64,000 nucleotides of DNA from an uncultured Chloroflexia bacterium (GTDB lineage: Bacteria; Chloroflexota; Limnocylindria; Limnocylindrales; CSP1-4), in NCBI GenBank assembly GCA_963763775.1, contig CAVXPZ010000004.1:576001-640000 (forward strand), read 5' to 3'. The notes beneath the pieces are model-generated. The model was not told the DNA's origin. It saw nothing but the letters and a program-made list of their open reading frames with translations, and did no database searches. Position numbers and translations under genes: made by a program. Positions 20,312 through 30,463 of this stretch are shown in pieces; within the stretch, counting starts at the first letter, position 1; every line of letters begins with the position of its first letter.

Positions 20312-21316
20312 CTACAGGTAACCGCGCCGCCGGAAGTAGACGACGAGCAGGACGAGCAGGATGGCCATGAACAGCATGATGCCGACGAATGCGACCGGCT
20401 CGCCCTGGCCGGGAACGGGGACGTTCATCCCGAAGATGCTCGCGATGAGCGTCAGGGGGAGCAGCACCACGCTGACCGCGGTCAGCACCCGGAACGAGTC
20501 GTTCAGGCGGTGTGACAGCACGGACTCGTTGGTCGACTCGAGGCCCTCGATCACTTCCTTGTAGTTCTCGAGCGTGTCCCAGATCCGCTCGGCCGCGTCC
20601 GAGATATCGTCGAAGTAGATCTCCAGCTCGTCCTGGAGGTACTGCTGCTTGGTCCGCTCGAGGTCGCGCAGGACGGCGCGCTGGGGGCGGACGATCTTGC
20701 GGAAGTTGATGATCTCCTGCTTCGTGTCGGACAGCGAGCGCACGATCTCCGACGAGCGACCCTCGAAGATGTCGTCCTCGAGCCGGTCCAGCTTGAGCCC
20801 GACCTTGCGGAGCATCGGGAACGACGCGTCGACGCAGGCGTCGACGATCTTGTAGAGCAGGTAGCCCGAGCCCTTCGCGAAGGTCGCCTCGCGGAGATCG
20901 GCCTTCTCGCGGTATCGCTCGAACATCGCCGTCAGTGGCGGGAGTGCGATGTTCGGCAGCGTGATCAGGTAGTCGGGACCCAGGAACAGGTCCAGCTCGG
21001 CGGTCAGGATGCGCGCCTGGTCTTTGTCGTAGAGCGGGAAGTGCAGGATGATGAAGACGTAGTCGTCGTACTGGTCGAGCTTCGGGCGGTTGTTCCGGGA
21101 GTACACGTCCTCGAAGTCGAGAGGGTGGAACGCGAAGTTCTCCTCCAGCCAGTCGCGGTCGGCGATCCGCGGCGACTCGATGTGGATCCACCGGAGCCCG
21201 GCCGTCTCGATGATCTCGGGCGCCGCGATATCCGCCGGCAGGTCCGAGTCGGCGGATCCGGAGATCCGTCGAGACCGCGGTCGGGGCAGCGGGCGAGGCA
21301 GGGCGATGCTTGGCAC
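20312..21316 (-). CDS. corA: CorA family Mg/Co transporter
   Basis: FHPLDFED, RPKLDQYDDY, FGMNV motif, two C-terminal TMs. Confidence 0.92.
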   Translation of the reverse strand: MPSIALPRPLPRPRSRRISGSADSDLPADIAAPEIIETAGLRWIHIESPRIADRDWLEENFAFHPLDFEDVYSRNNRPKLDQYDDYVFIILHFPLYDKDQARILTAELDLFLGPDYLITLPNIALPPLTAMFERYREKADLREATFAKGSGYLLYKIVDACVDASFPMLRKVGLKLDRLEDDIFEGRSSEIVRSLSDTKQEIINFRKIVRPQRAVLRDLERTKQQYLQDELEIYFDDISDAAERIWDTLENYKEVIEGLESTNESVLSHRLNDSFRVLTAVSVVLLPLTLIASIFGMNVPVPGQGEPVAFVGIMLFMAILLVLLVVYFRRRGYL

Positions 21317-21443
21317 CGCGACAGGATAGACCCCCTCCCCCGGCCCGGAACCCGTACGGAGGGGCCATGGCGTGCGTGTCAGCCGCGAGGCGGCGGCGCA
21401 GCGAGCCGATGACGCCGGGCTCGCCCCGGCCCGGGCCGGCTGA

Positions 21444-22713
21444 TCAGGCCGTGGCGACCGCCCCCGTCGACGGACGTCGGCGCAGCGCGATGACGCCGGC
21501 CCCCGCCAGGAAGACCAGACCGCCCACGACGAACGGCGCGGTCGCGCCGCCTTGCGAGGCGACGAGCGCGCCGGCCGCTGGTCCGATGATCCCTGCGGCG
21601 TAGAGCGGCAGGTAGACGAGGTTCAGGGTCGCGGACCGCCGCTCCGCCGGGACCTCCATCGCCAGCAGGCCGAAGATCATCGCCGTCACCGTGGCCGTGG
21701 ACGCGCCGAGGACGACCGCGAGCACGGCGAGTCCCGGCACCGCCGGCATGAGCGGCATGAGCAGGAGCGCCGTCCCCGCCCCGGCCAGCGCCGAGATGAG
21801 GACCGGCCGGAATCCGACCCGGTCGCCCAGGAGCCCACCCAGCGGCGAGACCAGGGCGCCGACCAGCGCCGCCGTCCCCATGACCAGCCCGATCGCCGAC
21901 GCGAGACCCGGTCCGGGACCCGACGAGCGCCTCGACGAGGACGGGGATGTACGGCCGGCTCATCTGCGTGCCGAGGTACGCGAAGCCGAAGATCACGAAG
22001 ATCCGGCGGACGGCAGGATCGCGAAGGGCACCGCGGACGGCGCCGAGCGCGAGCTCGAGGATGCCACCCGTCGGCACGACCTCGGGTCGAACCTCCTTCG
22101 AGCCGAACCACACCAGGCAGGCCGTCCCGATCGACAGCAGCGCCGAGAACCAGAACACGCCGTCGAACGACCAGCCCAGGCCGTCGATCAACACGCCCGC
22201 GAGGACCGGCCCGACGGCGAACCCGATCGGCCCCGACGAGCCGAAGACCGCGATGGTCACACCGAGTCGCCGAAGGGGCGTGACGTCGCGGATGCCCGCC
22301 AGCATCACGCCGGTGTTCCCGAGCTGGAAGCCGATCAACAGCATCGAGAGCGCGAGCTGCCACGGCTCGCGGGAGAGCGCCACGCACGCGAACACGACGG
22401 CCTCGACCAGGCAGCTCCGGACGATCACGGCCTTGCGGCTGTACTTGTCGGCCCAGACGCCCCAGAGCGGGACCAGCGGCATCCCGACGACGAAGATCAG
22501 CGCACTGAACAGGCCGATGAACGCGAGCCGCTCGTCGTGCGGAACGCCCATCTTCGTGAGGTACGCCGGCAGCAGGGCGTAGATCTGGCTGACGCCGAGG
22601 CCCTCCACCATCGAGGTGATCCAGAACACGACGACGAGCACTCGCCAGTCCTGGGCCGGATGGTTCGGGTGGGCGCTCGGGGTGGGCGCGGTCGTCGCGC
22701 CGGTGTCGGGCAT
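21444..22713 (-). CDS. MFS transporter (frameshift ~21910)
   Basis: WGVWADKYSRK motif A in the N-half and GLLGDRVGFR in the C-half, which lies in another frame. Confidence 0.85.
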
Positions 22714-23092
22714 CCGGCGAAGCCTACCGGACCTCGGCGCCGACCACCGGGACGGCATCGGACGCACGAAAGCGCCCGAAGGAACTGGTGGATCCGACCG
22801 TTCGACGGGTCCGCTGGCTCCGAACAAGTCCGGAGTCTTCGGTCGCCGCCGGGTCCCTCGCTCGCTGGCCTTGCGGCCCTCGAACCTGGTTCCCGGGACC
22901 GTCCTGAGGATCGCTCCCCTGACCGGTCTGGCGGTTCGTACCTGCCCCTTCGGGCAAGACGAAATGTACGGGCGGGGGCCTATCGGCCACAACGGGCTTA
23001 TCCACGAACTTCGGTGAAACCGCTCGACCCTTATCCCCGAAGTTCTCAACGTTGTGGATGAGTTGTGGATACTCACCGGGGAGGTGTCACTG

Positions 23093-23961
23093 ATGGCCCG
23101 CTTGCTGGCTCGACTCGTGGTCATGAACGACGGCTGGGCGCGGCCGTTCGGCGACTTCAACCACCGATGGCTGTCCGCGCTCTTCCGGCCGATGCCGGCG
23201 GTCCGCGACCTCCTGAACGGGCGTTGGCTGGGCCACCCGCTGCACGCGGCACTCACCGACCTCCCGATCGGGCTGTTGCTCGGCGTGGTCGCCCTCGACG
23301 TCCTCGGCCAGCCGGGGGCGGCAGACATCGCCCTCGTCCTGGTGGTCCTGACGATGGTCGCGGCCGCCGTCACGGGCGCGGCGGACTACTCGGACACCGA
23401 TGGGACGGCGCGCACCCGCGCCACGCTGCACGCGACGCTGATGGTCGTGGCGCTCCTGCTGCTGCTCGTGTCGCTCGGGCTTCGAGCCGGCGGTTCGAGC
23501 GATCGGACCATCCCGGTGGGGCTCGACCTCGTCGCGTTCCTGATCGTGTCGGCCGGGGCGTTCGTCGGCGGGGACGTCGTCTACGTGCTGGGCAACATGG
23601 TCAGCCGGCACGCGTTCCGGGGCGCGGGGCGAAGTGGATCCGCCTGGACCTCGGATCCCTGTCGGACCTTTCGGCGCTGCCCGAGGCGTCACCCACCAAG
23701 TTCAAGGCCGGGATCAACGACCTGGTCGTCGTCCGGATCGGCGACACGATCCATGCGATGCACGCCGTCTGCGCCCACGCGGGCGGGCCCCTGGAGAAGG
23801 GGACGGTCGTGGACGGCTGCCTCCAGTGTCCCTGGCACGGGGCCCGGTATCGCCTCGCGGACGGCCACGTGATGCGCGGCCCCTCGCTGTACGACCAGCC
23901 GGCGTACGACATCCGAGCAGCCGAGGGCGGCGGCTACGAGGTCCGGCGCGCGACGGCATAG
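23093..23961 (+). CDS. DUF2231-like membrane domain + Rieske [2Fe-2S] protein (frameshift ~23628)
   Basis: LNGRWLGHPLHAALTDLPIG TM domain, then CAHAGGPL...CPWHG in the next frame. Confidence 0.85.
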
Positions 23962-25364
23962 GCGGCGAGGGCCCGAGTCCTCGCCTCGGCATGGTCGACG
24001 ATCGGCCACGGATAGTCGACGCCGAGCCGGCATCGCGCCTCGGCCTGCTCCTCCGCCGTCAGCAGCCACGGTTCGTGGATCTGCCCGTTCGGAACCGTGG
24101 CGAGCTCGGGGACCCAGCGTCGGACGTACGCCCCGTCGGGGTCCGACCGGCGCCCCTGCGCGACCGGGTTGAAGATCCGGAAGTACGGCTGCGGGTCCGT
24201 GCCGGTCGAGGCGCACCACTGCCAACCGCCGTTGTTCGAGGCGACGTCGCCGTCGACGAGATGACGCATGAAGTGCGCCTCCCCGACGCGCCAGTCGACC
24301 AGCAGGTCTTTCGTCAGGAACGACGCCACGACCATGCGGGCACGGTTCGGCATCCAGCCCGTCGCGAGGAGCTCGCGCATCGCGGCGTCGACGAACGGGT
24401 AGCCGGTCCGGCCGGTCCGCCACGCCTCGATCGCGGTCGAGTCGGTCGACCACGCCATCGAGTCGAACGCCGCGCGGGATGACCGACGGCGCACATCCGG
24501 GCGGTGGAACAGGACGTGCGCGTAGAACTCGCGCCACACGAGCTCGTTGAGGAAGGCATGGCGCCCGTCGCCGTCGCCGACGGCCCGCTCGACGACCTCG
24601 AGCGCGGAGAGCGATCCGAGGTGCAGGTCCGCCGACAGCCGGGAGGTCCCGTTCGGGCGGTCGGACCGGTCGCGCGAGCCGGCATACGTCTCGAGGCCGG
24701 TGGCCAGCCACCGATCCAGCCGCGCGCGGGCGGCGGCCTCGCCAGGAAGCGGTAACGCGGCGAGGTCGGCGGTCGGCCCCTCGCCGAGCCCCAGGTCCGA
24801 CACCGATGGGATGCGACCCGGCGCCAGGCCGTGGTCGGGAAGGTGTGTCGGCGCGGCCAGGACGGCTCGGCGAGGCTGTGCCTCCCAGGCACGCCGGAAC
24901 GGCGAGTAGACCCGGAACGGGCCACCGAGCGCGGTCGAGACCTCCTCGGGCTCATGGACCAGCACGCCCGGCTCCTCGCGGAGCGCCGCACCGACCCGCG
25001 CGAGCGCGGCGGCGACCGCGCGGTCCCGCGCCCGGCCGTACGGCGCGTAGTCGCGCGAGACGAACACGTCCGTCGCGCCGATGTCCGCGGCGAGCGCGGG
25101 CACGACCTCCCGGGGGTCGCCGACCCGGACGACGAGCGGCGCACCGACGGCCGCCAGGTCCGCCGCCAGGACCCGGACGGTCTCGAGCAGGAACCAGGTC
25201 CGATTCGGGCTCGCGAACCGGCCGTGGACGAGCCGCGGATCCACGACGAACAACGGGACGACGGCTCGGCCGTCCGTCGCGGCGGTCGTCAACGCGGGAT
25301 GGTCGTGGAGGCGGAGGTCGCGGCGGAACCACACGATCGCCGGGCGCTCGATGGGCATCACCAT
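23934..25364 (-). CDS. phrB: deoxyribodipyrimidine photolyase
   Basis: WFRRDLRLHDHPAL, TSRLS, ELVWREFY, GRTGYPFVDAAMR, ASNNGGWQW, YFRIFNP. Confidence 0.95.
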   Translation of the reverse strand: MVMPIERPAIVWFRRDLRLHDHPALTTAATDGRAVVPLFVVDPRLVHGRFASPNRTWFLLETVRVLAADLAAVGAPLVVRVGDPREVVPALAADIGATDVFVSRDYAPYGRARDRAVAAALARVGAALREEPGVLVHEPEEVSTALGGPFRVYSPFRRAWEAQPRRAVLAAPTHLPDHGLAPGRIPSVSDLGLGEGPTADLAALPLPGEAAARARLDRWLATGLETYAGSRDRSDRPNGTSRLSADLHLGSLSALEVVERAVGDGDGRHAFLNELVWREFYAHVLFHRPDVRRRSSRAAFDSMAWSTDSTAIEAWRTGRTGYPFVDAAMRELLATGWMPNRARMVVASFLTKDLLVDWRVGEAHFMRHLVDGDVASNNGGWQWCASTGTDPQPYFRIFNPVAQGRRSDPDGAYVRRWVPELATVPNGQIHEPWLLTAEEQAEARCRLGVDYPWPIVDHAEARTRALAAYAVARRTS

Positions 25365-25405
25365 CCCATTCGGACGAGCCCTCCCGACGGACGCATCATC
25401 TGCGG

Positions 25406-25930
25406 GTGCATCCCATCGAGATCCCGGACCCGTCGCTCGTCGTGCTGATCGGCGCGGCCGGGTCGGGCAAGTCGACGTTCGCCGCCCGCCATTTCGCGCC
25501 GGACGAGGTCCTCTCGTCCGACACGTTCCGGCGGATGCTGAGCGGCGACGAGGCGGACCAGCGGGCGTCCGGCCTGGCGTTCCGCCGCCTGCACGAGGAG
25601 CTGGCGCGGCGTCTGGCGCGCCGCGAGTTGACGGTGGTCGATGCGACCAACGTCACGCCGCATGCCCGGCGCGTGCTCCTGGCCCGAGCCGGCGACGCGC
25701 AGGTGCCGACGGTGGCCGTCGTGCTGGACCTGCCCGCTGCCGTCGTCCACGCCCAGAACCGAAGCCGGGCGAACCGGGTCGTGCCGGTCGATGTGGTGGA
25801 ACGTCACCTGGACGGCTTGCGGGTCACCATCGCCTCGGGCCGGCTGGACTCGGAGGGGTTCGCGGCCATCTACCGCCTCGACGGCTCGGTCCGGCTGGAC
25901 GAGGTCAGGATCGTCCGTCGGCGGGGATGA
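25406..25930 (+). CDS. AAA_33 / polynucleotide-kinase-like P-loop protein
   Basis: SLVVLIGAAGSGKSTFAARHF..LSSD..R and LTVVDATN. Confidence 0.85.
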   Translation: MHPIEIPDPSLVVLIGAAGSGKSTFAARHFAPDEVLSSDTFRRMLSGDEADQRASGLAFRRLHEELARRLARRELTVVDATNVTPHARRVLLARAGDAQVPTVAVVLDLPAAVVHAQNRSRANRVVPVDVVERHLDGLRVTIASGRLDSEGFAAIYRLDGSVRLDEVRIVRRRG

Positions 25931-26252
25931 CGATACGGCCGAAGGGCCGCGCGCGGAGCTCCACCCAGATCCCGTTCCGTAGGTAGATGTCGTCGCCGAC
26001 GATCGCGATCGCCTCGGCTTCGCTCGCGGCCCGGACCAGCAGCACGGACATGGAGAGGTCGCTGAACGCCCCGGCCTCCACGTAGGTCCCGTCGCTCAGC
26101 CGGCGCGAGATCCCTGCCAGGTGCTCGGGGCGGAACGGCACGCGTGCCTCGGCGGCGTCCGGGGCGAGGGTGGCCTCGACCAGCCAGACGACCTCCGTGG
26201 TCGCCGCCGGGGTGGGGGTGGGGTGGTTCGCGGCTGGCTCGATGGCGTCCAT
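25905..26252 (-). CDS. YciI family protein
   Basis: RVPFRPEHL, AGAF, DIYLRNGIW..RPF. Confidence 0.75.
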   Translation of the reverse strand: MDAIEPAANHPTPTPAATTEVVWLVEATLAPDAAEARVPFRPEHLAGISRRLSDGTYVEAGAFSDLSMSVLLVRAASEAEAIAIVGDDIYLRNGIWVELRARPFGRIVIPADGRS

Positions 26253-26262
26253 ATCCGGCAGT

Positions 26263-27120
26263 CTAGGCGTTGCCGATGCCGATCAGTGCGACGGCGACCG
26301 CGGCCAGCGCGATGCCGACGGCGTGCGATCGCGTGACGCGCTCGTGCAGGACGGTGGCGGCCAGGATGACCGTCGTGACGGGATAGAGGGACGAGACGAC
26401 GGCCGCCACGGCCAGCGTGCCGGCCTGCAGGGCGAGCAGGTAGAACGCGTTCCCCGCCATGTCCGCGACGCCGATGCCGACGATCGCGGGGACCAGGGCT
26501 CGTGGGGGGCGCCACGCCGCTCGGGTCGCGGCGATCACGCCGATCAGGAGCACGGCCTCGGTCCCGCGGATGATCGCGAGGTCCCCGTAGACGTGGCCGG
26601 CGTCGAGCCGTGAGATGAGGATGCTGAAGCACCCGATGGCGCTCCCCGACAGCAGTGCCAGCCCGAGCCCGCTCCGCCCGCCGCCCTCGTCCTGGACGCG
26701 GCTCACGAGCAGGACGGCGAGCAGGGCCAGGACGATCCCGACGAGCACGATGGTCGCCGGAGGACCCTCGAGGACGATCCCCGCGATCACCGGGATCGAA
26801 GCCCCAAGCACGCCGGTGACCGGCGCGACGATCCCCATCCGGCCGACCGCGAGACCCCGGTACAACGCGGTGATGCCCACCACGCCCACGGCGCCGGCGG
26901 CCACGGCCAGGACGAGGTCCTTGGCCACCGGGAGGGATTCCTGTCCGGCGACCGAGAAGGCCACGGCGATCGCCATCCCGACGAGCTGGGAGATCAGGAC
27001 GACTCCGAAGACCGCGGCGCGGCGGCTCATGAGCCCGCCCCCGAAGTCGCCGGCCCCCCAGGAGAGCGCCGAGGCCAGGCCGAGGACGACCGTCGCGATC
27101 CCGGGATCGAGCCCGGTCAG
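26263..27120 (-). CDS. EamA/DMT family transporter
   Basis: LASALSWGAGDFGGG, YRGLAVGRMGIVAP, SSLYPVTT..LHERV. Start uncertain. Confidence 0.88.
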   Translation of the reverse strand: MTGLDPGIATVVLGLASALSWGAGDFGGGLMSRRAAVFGVVLISQLVGMAIAVAFSVAGQESLPVAKDLVLAVAAGAVGVVGITALYRGLAVGRMGIVAPVTGVLGASIPVIAGIVLEGPPATIVLVGIVLALLAVLLVSRVQDEGGGRSGLGLALLSGSAIGCFSILISRLDAGHVYGDLAIIRGTEAVLLIGVIAATRAAWRPPRALVPAIVGIGVADMAGNAFYLLALQAGTLAVAAVVSSLYPVTTVILAATVLHERVTRSHAVGIALAAVAVALIGIGNA

Positions 27121-29297
27121 GCCACGACCTCGTCGGGGGCCGGCTGGTCGTCGACGGCCGTGGGGCCGGGGAGCTCGACGATCGCGTCGGCCGCGCTGTC
27201 GTACCGATCCGAGGTCGTGAGATAGATGACCTGGAAATCGGTCGCCACGGCGCGGATGAGCTCGAGCGCGCGCGTCGCACGGCCGTCGTCGAGCGTCACG
27301 AACGGGTCGTCGAAGATCAGCGGCGGCCGCCGGTCGCCGGTCACGAGGCGGACGAGGCCGAGGCGCGCGGTGAGGTAGACCAGGTCGAGCGTGCCCTGGC
27401 TGAGCGAGGTGACCTTCACCCAGTCGCGCTTCTCGGGGGCTCGGACCTCGATGTCGAGCGTCTTGTCGTCGATCCGGACGTGGCGGTAGCGGCCGGCGGT
27501 CGCGATCCCCAGGTCCTTCAGCATCCGCTGCTCGAGGTACCGCGTGGCCGACTTCATCGTGGCCTGCTCCGCGTCCTCGATCGAGCGCAGCGTCGTCTCG
27601 TAGACGCGGTTCCGCCGCTGGAGTGCGGCCAGCTGTTCCTTCCAGGTCGCGAGCCGTTCGGCCTGGCCGGCGACCTGCTCCGCGTCGACCGGGTTGGCCT
27701 CGACGCGTGCCCGGGCGTTCGCCTCGTCGTCCCTGGCGTGCTCGAGCGCGGCCTCCTGGTCGCGGACCTCGACCTCGAGGCGCTCCCGGGCGCGTGGCTC
27801 CTTGGCGATCGGCCCGAGGTGCTCGATCGCACTCGTCTTCTGCTCGATCTCGAGGGCCGCCGCGTCGCGCGTGACCCCGAGGGTCTCGGGGGGCTCCTTC
27901 CCGACGAGGCCGTCGAGCTGCGCCGTGAGGCGGTCGATCTGGCCGACGTGGGCCTCCTCGCGGGCGAGCAGGTCCTCGACGGCGGCCAGGTTCTCGAGCC
28001 CGAACGTCCCGAGCCGACGGGCGATCTCCTGGTCCACCTGGAAGAGCTCCGCCTCCATCTCGGACTTGCCGCGCAGCCGACGGTCGATCTCGACATCGCG
28101 CAGCTCGGCCTGGGTCTTGGAGCCCCGTCGCAGCCGGTACGCGACGAACGCGAGCACGACGCCGATGACGGCGACGATCGCCCCCACGATCGACGGGATG
28201 ATCCCGAGGTTGACGACGCCGGCAGCGCTGAGGACCAGCGGGGCGATCGCGAGGATCAGGCCGAACACGATGAGCGGGATCGACCACGTCCGGTACGGCT
28301 TCCACACGCGCTCCGGAGCGACCTCGAAGTTGACGTTGACCTCGCCCGCGAGGGCGGCGCGAAGCTCGCGTCCGCGCACGTCGAGCGTCCGGAGGCGCTC
28401 CACACCCGCCCGAAGCACCGGCAGCGGATTGGGCGACGGGTGCGTGGTGGCGAGCCGGCCGAGTTCCTCGTTGACCTCGACCGCCTGGCGGAAGCGGTCG
28501 TAGCGCTGCTGCGCAGTGTCGCGCTCGGCGACCAGTCGCTCGGCTTGCCGGGCCTTCTCGAGGAGGGCGCGCCGTTCGACCAAGGCGGTCTCGGCGTCGG
28601 CGCGGCGGGCCAGGGCCGCGTTCAGCGTGTCGCGGTCCTGGGCCAATTGCGCCAGCTGGCTGTCGCCCAGGTCGACACTGGCCTGTGTCTGGGCGACGGC
28701 CGCCTCGGCCACCTTGAGTCGACCGGGGTTCTTGTCGCCCTTCGTCGTCAGGTCATGGAGGGCCTTCTCGAGCTTCTTCTTGGCCTGGCTCGTCCCGCGG
28801 TCGGCGCCGCTGATCGACGCCTGGAGGCGGTCGCGCAGGGCGGCCTCGTCGCGGGCGAGATCGGCGAGCTCGTGGTGGCGGACCGAGGCGGTCGACCGGA
28901 AGAACGCCTCGGTCGGGATACCGGTGAGCTCGGCGAGCACCTGGTCGGCGAGGGCGGGGTCGGTGATGGACTGGCCGTCGTAGTCGAGTCGGACCGTCCC
29001 CTTGGTCCCCGCGAACGTCTTCTCGAGCTGACCGGGCTTGGTGACGCCGTCCTCGTCCTCGTCGAAATCGATGACGACGACGCTCGGCACCTCGTCCGCC
29101 GCGTCCCAGGGCCGCAACGCACTCATGTCGCTCGCCGCGCTGGTGACGCGGCGGGTCAGGGCCAGCTCAAGGGACCGCTGGATCGTGGACTTCCCGGCTT
29201 CGTTCGGGCCGCGGACGATCGTGAGACCGGGTGCCAGGTCGATCGCGAGGTCGCGGTAGCGGCGGAAGTCCCGCAGCTGGATCCGGCGGATCCTCAC
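27117..29297 (-). CDS. SMC/SbcC(YhaN)-like ATPase with central TM segments
   Basis: Walker A GPNEAGKST, long coiled coils, signature LSQGT, Walker B PLIFDDPF. Confidence 0.88.
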   Translation of the reverse strand: MRIRRIQLRDFRRYRDLAIDLAPGLTIVRGPNEAGKSTIQRSLELALTRRVTSAASDMSALRPWDAADEVPSVVVIDFDEDEDGVTKPGQLEKTFAGTKGTVRLDYDGQSITDPALADQVLAELTGIPTEAFFRSTASVRHHELADLARDEAALRDRLQASISGADRGTSQAKKKLEKALHDLTTKGDKNPGRLKVAEAAVAQTQASVDLGDSQLAQLAQDRDTLNAALARRADAETALVERRALLEKARQAERLVAERDTAQQRYDRFRQAVEVNEELGRLATTHPSPNPLPVLRAGVERLRTLDVRGRELRAALAGEVNVNFEVAPERVWKPYRTWSIPLIVFGLILAIAPLVLSAAGVVNLGIIPSIVGAIVAVIGVVLAFVAYRLRRGSKTQAELRDVEIDRRLRGKSEMEAELFQVDQEIARRLGTFGLENLAAVEDLLAREEAHVGQIDRLTAQLDGLVGKEPPETLGVTRDAAALEIEQKTSAIEHLGPIAKEPRARERLEVEVRDQEAALEHARDDEANARARVEANPVDAEQVAGQAERLATWKEQLAALQRRNRVYETTLRSIEDAEQATMKSATRYLEQRMLKDLGIATAGRYRHVRIDDKTLDIEVRAPEKRDWVKVTSLSQGTLDLVYLTARLGLVRLVTGDRRPPLIFDDPFVTLDDGRATRALELIRAVATDFQVIYLTTSDRYDSAADAIVELPGPTAVDDQPAPDEVVA

Positions 29298-30463
29298 AGC
29301 GACACCTCGTGCCCGGCCAAGAGCAATCGGCCGAGGCGCAGGGCATCGCGCAGCTCCGCCGCCTCGTCCTTGCGATCCCCCGCCTCGAGCTCGGTGATGC
29401 GGGCCTCGAGCATGCGGATGAAGGACCCGGCGACGGTATCGGGCGACGGCAAGGCCCCCTCGGTCAGCGCCGGCATCGACGTGTCGCGGACGCGGACCTT
29501 CAGGAAGGCGAGCGAGAGCGCTCCCTCGATCTCGTCGATATCGAGGTCGAGCTCGTCGGGACGCACCCCGACGATCCGGGCGTGCAGCACGAGGTCCGGA
29601 TCACCCCGCTTTGCGAGGCTCGCGACGAGGACGGGCTGGCTCACGATCGTGGCGGCGTCGACCTGGACGCGCTCGAAGCGGGTCTTGCCGACCTGGCGCT
29701 GGTCGATCCTGACGGTGCGCTTGCCCGCGACCTCATCGAGTTCGACCAGGAGGACCTTGCCCGCGCGGTCCTGGTCGAGGGCGACGGCTTCGGGTGCGCC
29801 GGCGTAGGCGTAGGCGACGGTCCCCGCCTTGCCCTCCTGGGCGGCGTGCCAGTGGCCGAGGGCGAGATAGTCGAGACCGCTCGAGGCGATCTCCTCGGCG
29901 GTGACCACGACCTCGTCGCGGTCGGTCTTGCCGGGGATGGCGATCGAGCCGTGGACCATGCCGATCCGCCAGACCGTGTCGGCCGGGTCGCCCGCCAGAT
30001 CGAGGCCCTTGAGCGGACTCTCGGGCGCCCGCTTCGTCGCGAAGACGCGGGCGTGGATCACGGACTTGAGCGCCGGGATGACGATCCGTGGCGTGTCCGG
30101 CGTGACCACGGTGACGAGGTCGTCGTCGGGCGTGCTCCCGGACATCGCCTTCAGGTCGTACGCGCGGTAGATCGAGGCGCGGTCGTACACGTCATGGGTG
30201 CCCGGGATGACGACCGTGCGGATGCGAGCCTCGGCCAGTCGCGTCAGCTCGGCGGCGACGCGCTCGACGGACCGCCGCGGCTGCACGTTGGAGTCGAAGA
30301 GGTCGCCGGCGATGAGGACGAGGTCGACCTTCTCGGCGAGGGCGAGGTCGACGGTGGTCCTGAAGGCGGCGAACTGTCGCTCGCGTTGGGCGGACGCCTG
30401 CTCGCCGAGGTCGTCGTGACGCGCGCCGAGATGGACGTCTGCGGTGTGGATGATCCGTAGCAT
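29294..30463 (-). CDS. Mre11/SbcD(YhaO)-like metallophosphoesterase exonuclease
   Basis: HTADVHLG, IAGDLFD, PGTHD, HG, YLALGHWH. Translationally coupled to the ATPase. Confidence 0.9.
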   Translation of the reverse strand: MLRIIHTADVHLGARHDDLGEQASAQRERQFAAFRTTVDLALAEKVDLVLIAGDLFDSNVQPRRSVERVAAELTRLAEARIRTVVIPGTHDVYDRASIYRAYDLKAMSGSTPDDDLVTVVTPDTPRIVIPALKSVIHARVFATKRAPESPLKGLDLAGDPADTVWRIGMVHGSIAIPGKTDRDEVVVTAEEIASSGLDYLALGHWHAAQEGKAGTVAYAYAGAPEAVALDQDRAGKVLLVELDEVAGKRTVRIDQRQVGKTRFERVQVDAATIVSQPVLVASLAKRGDPDLVLHARIVGVRPDELDLDIDEIEGALSLAFLKVRVRDTSMPALTEGALPSPDTVAGSFIRMLEARITELEAGDRKDEAAELRDALRLGRLLLAGHEVSL

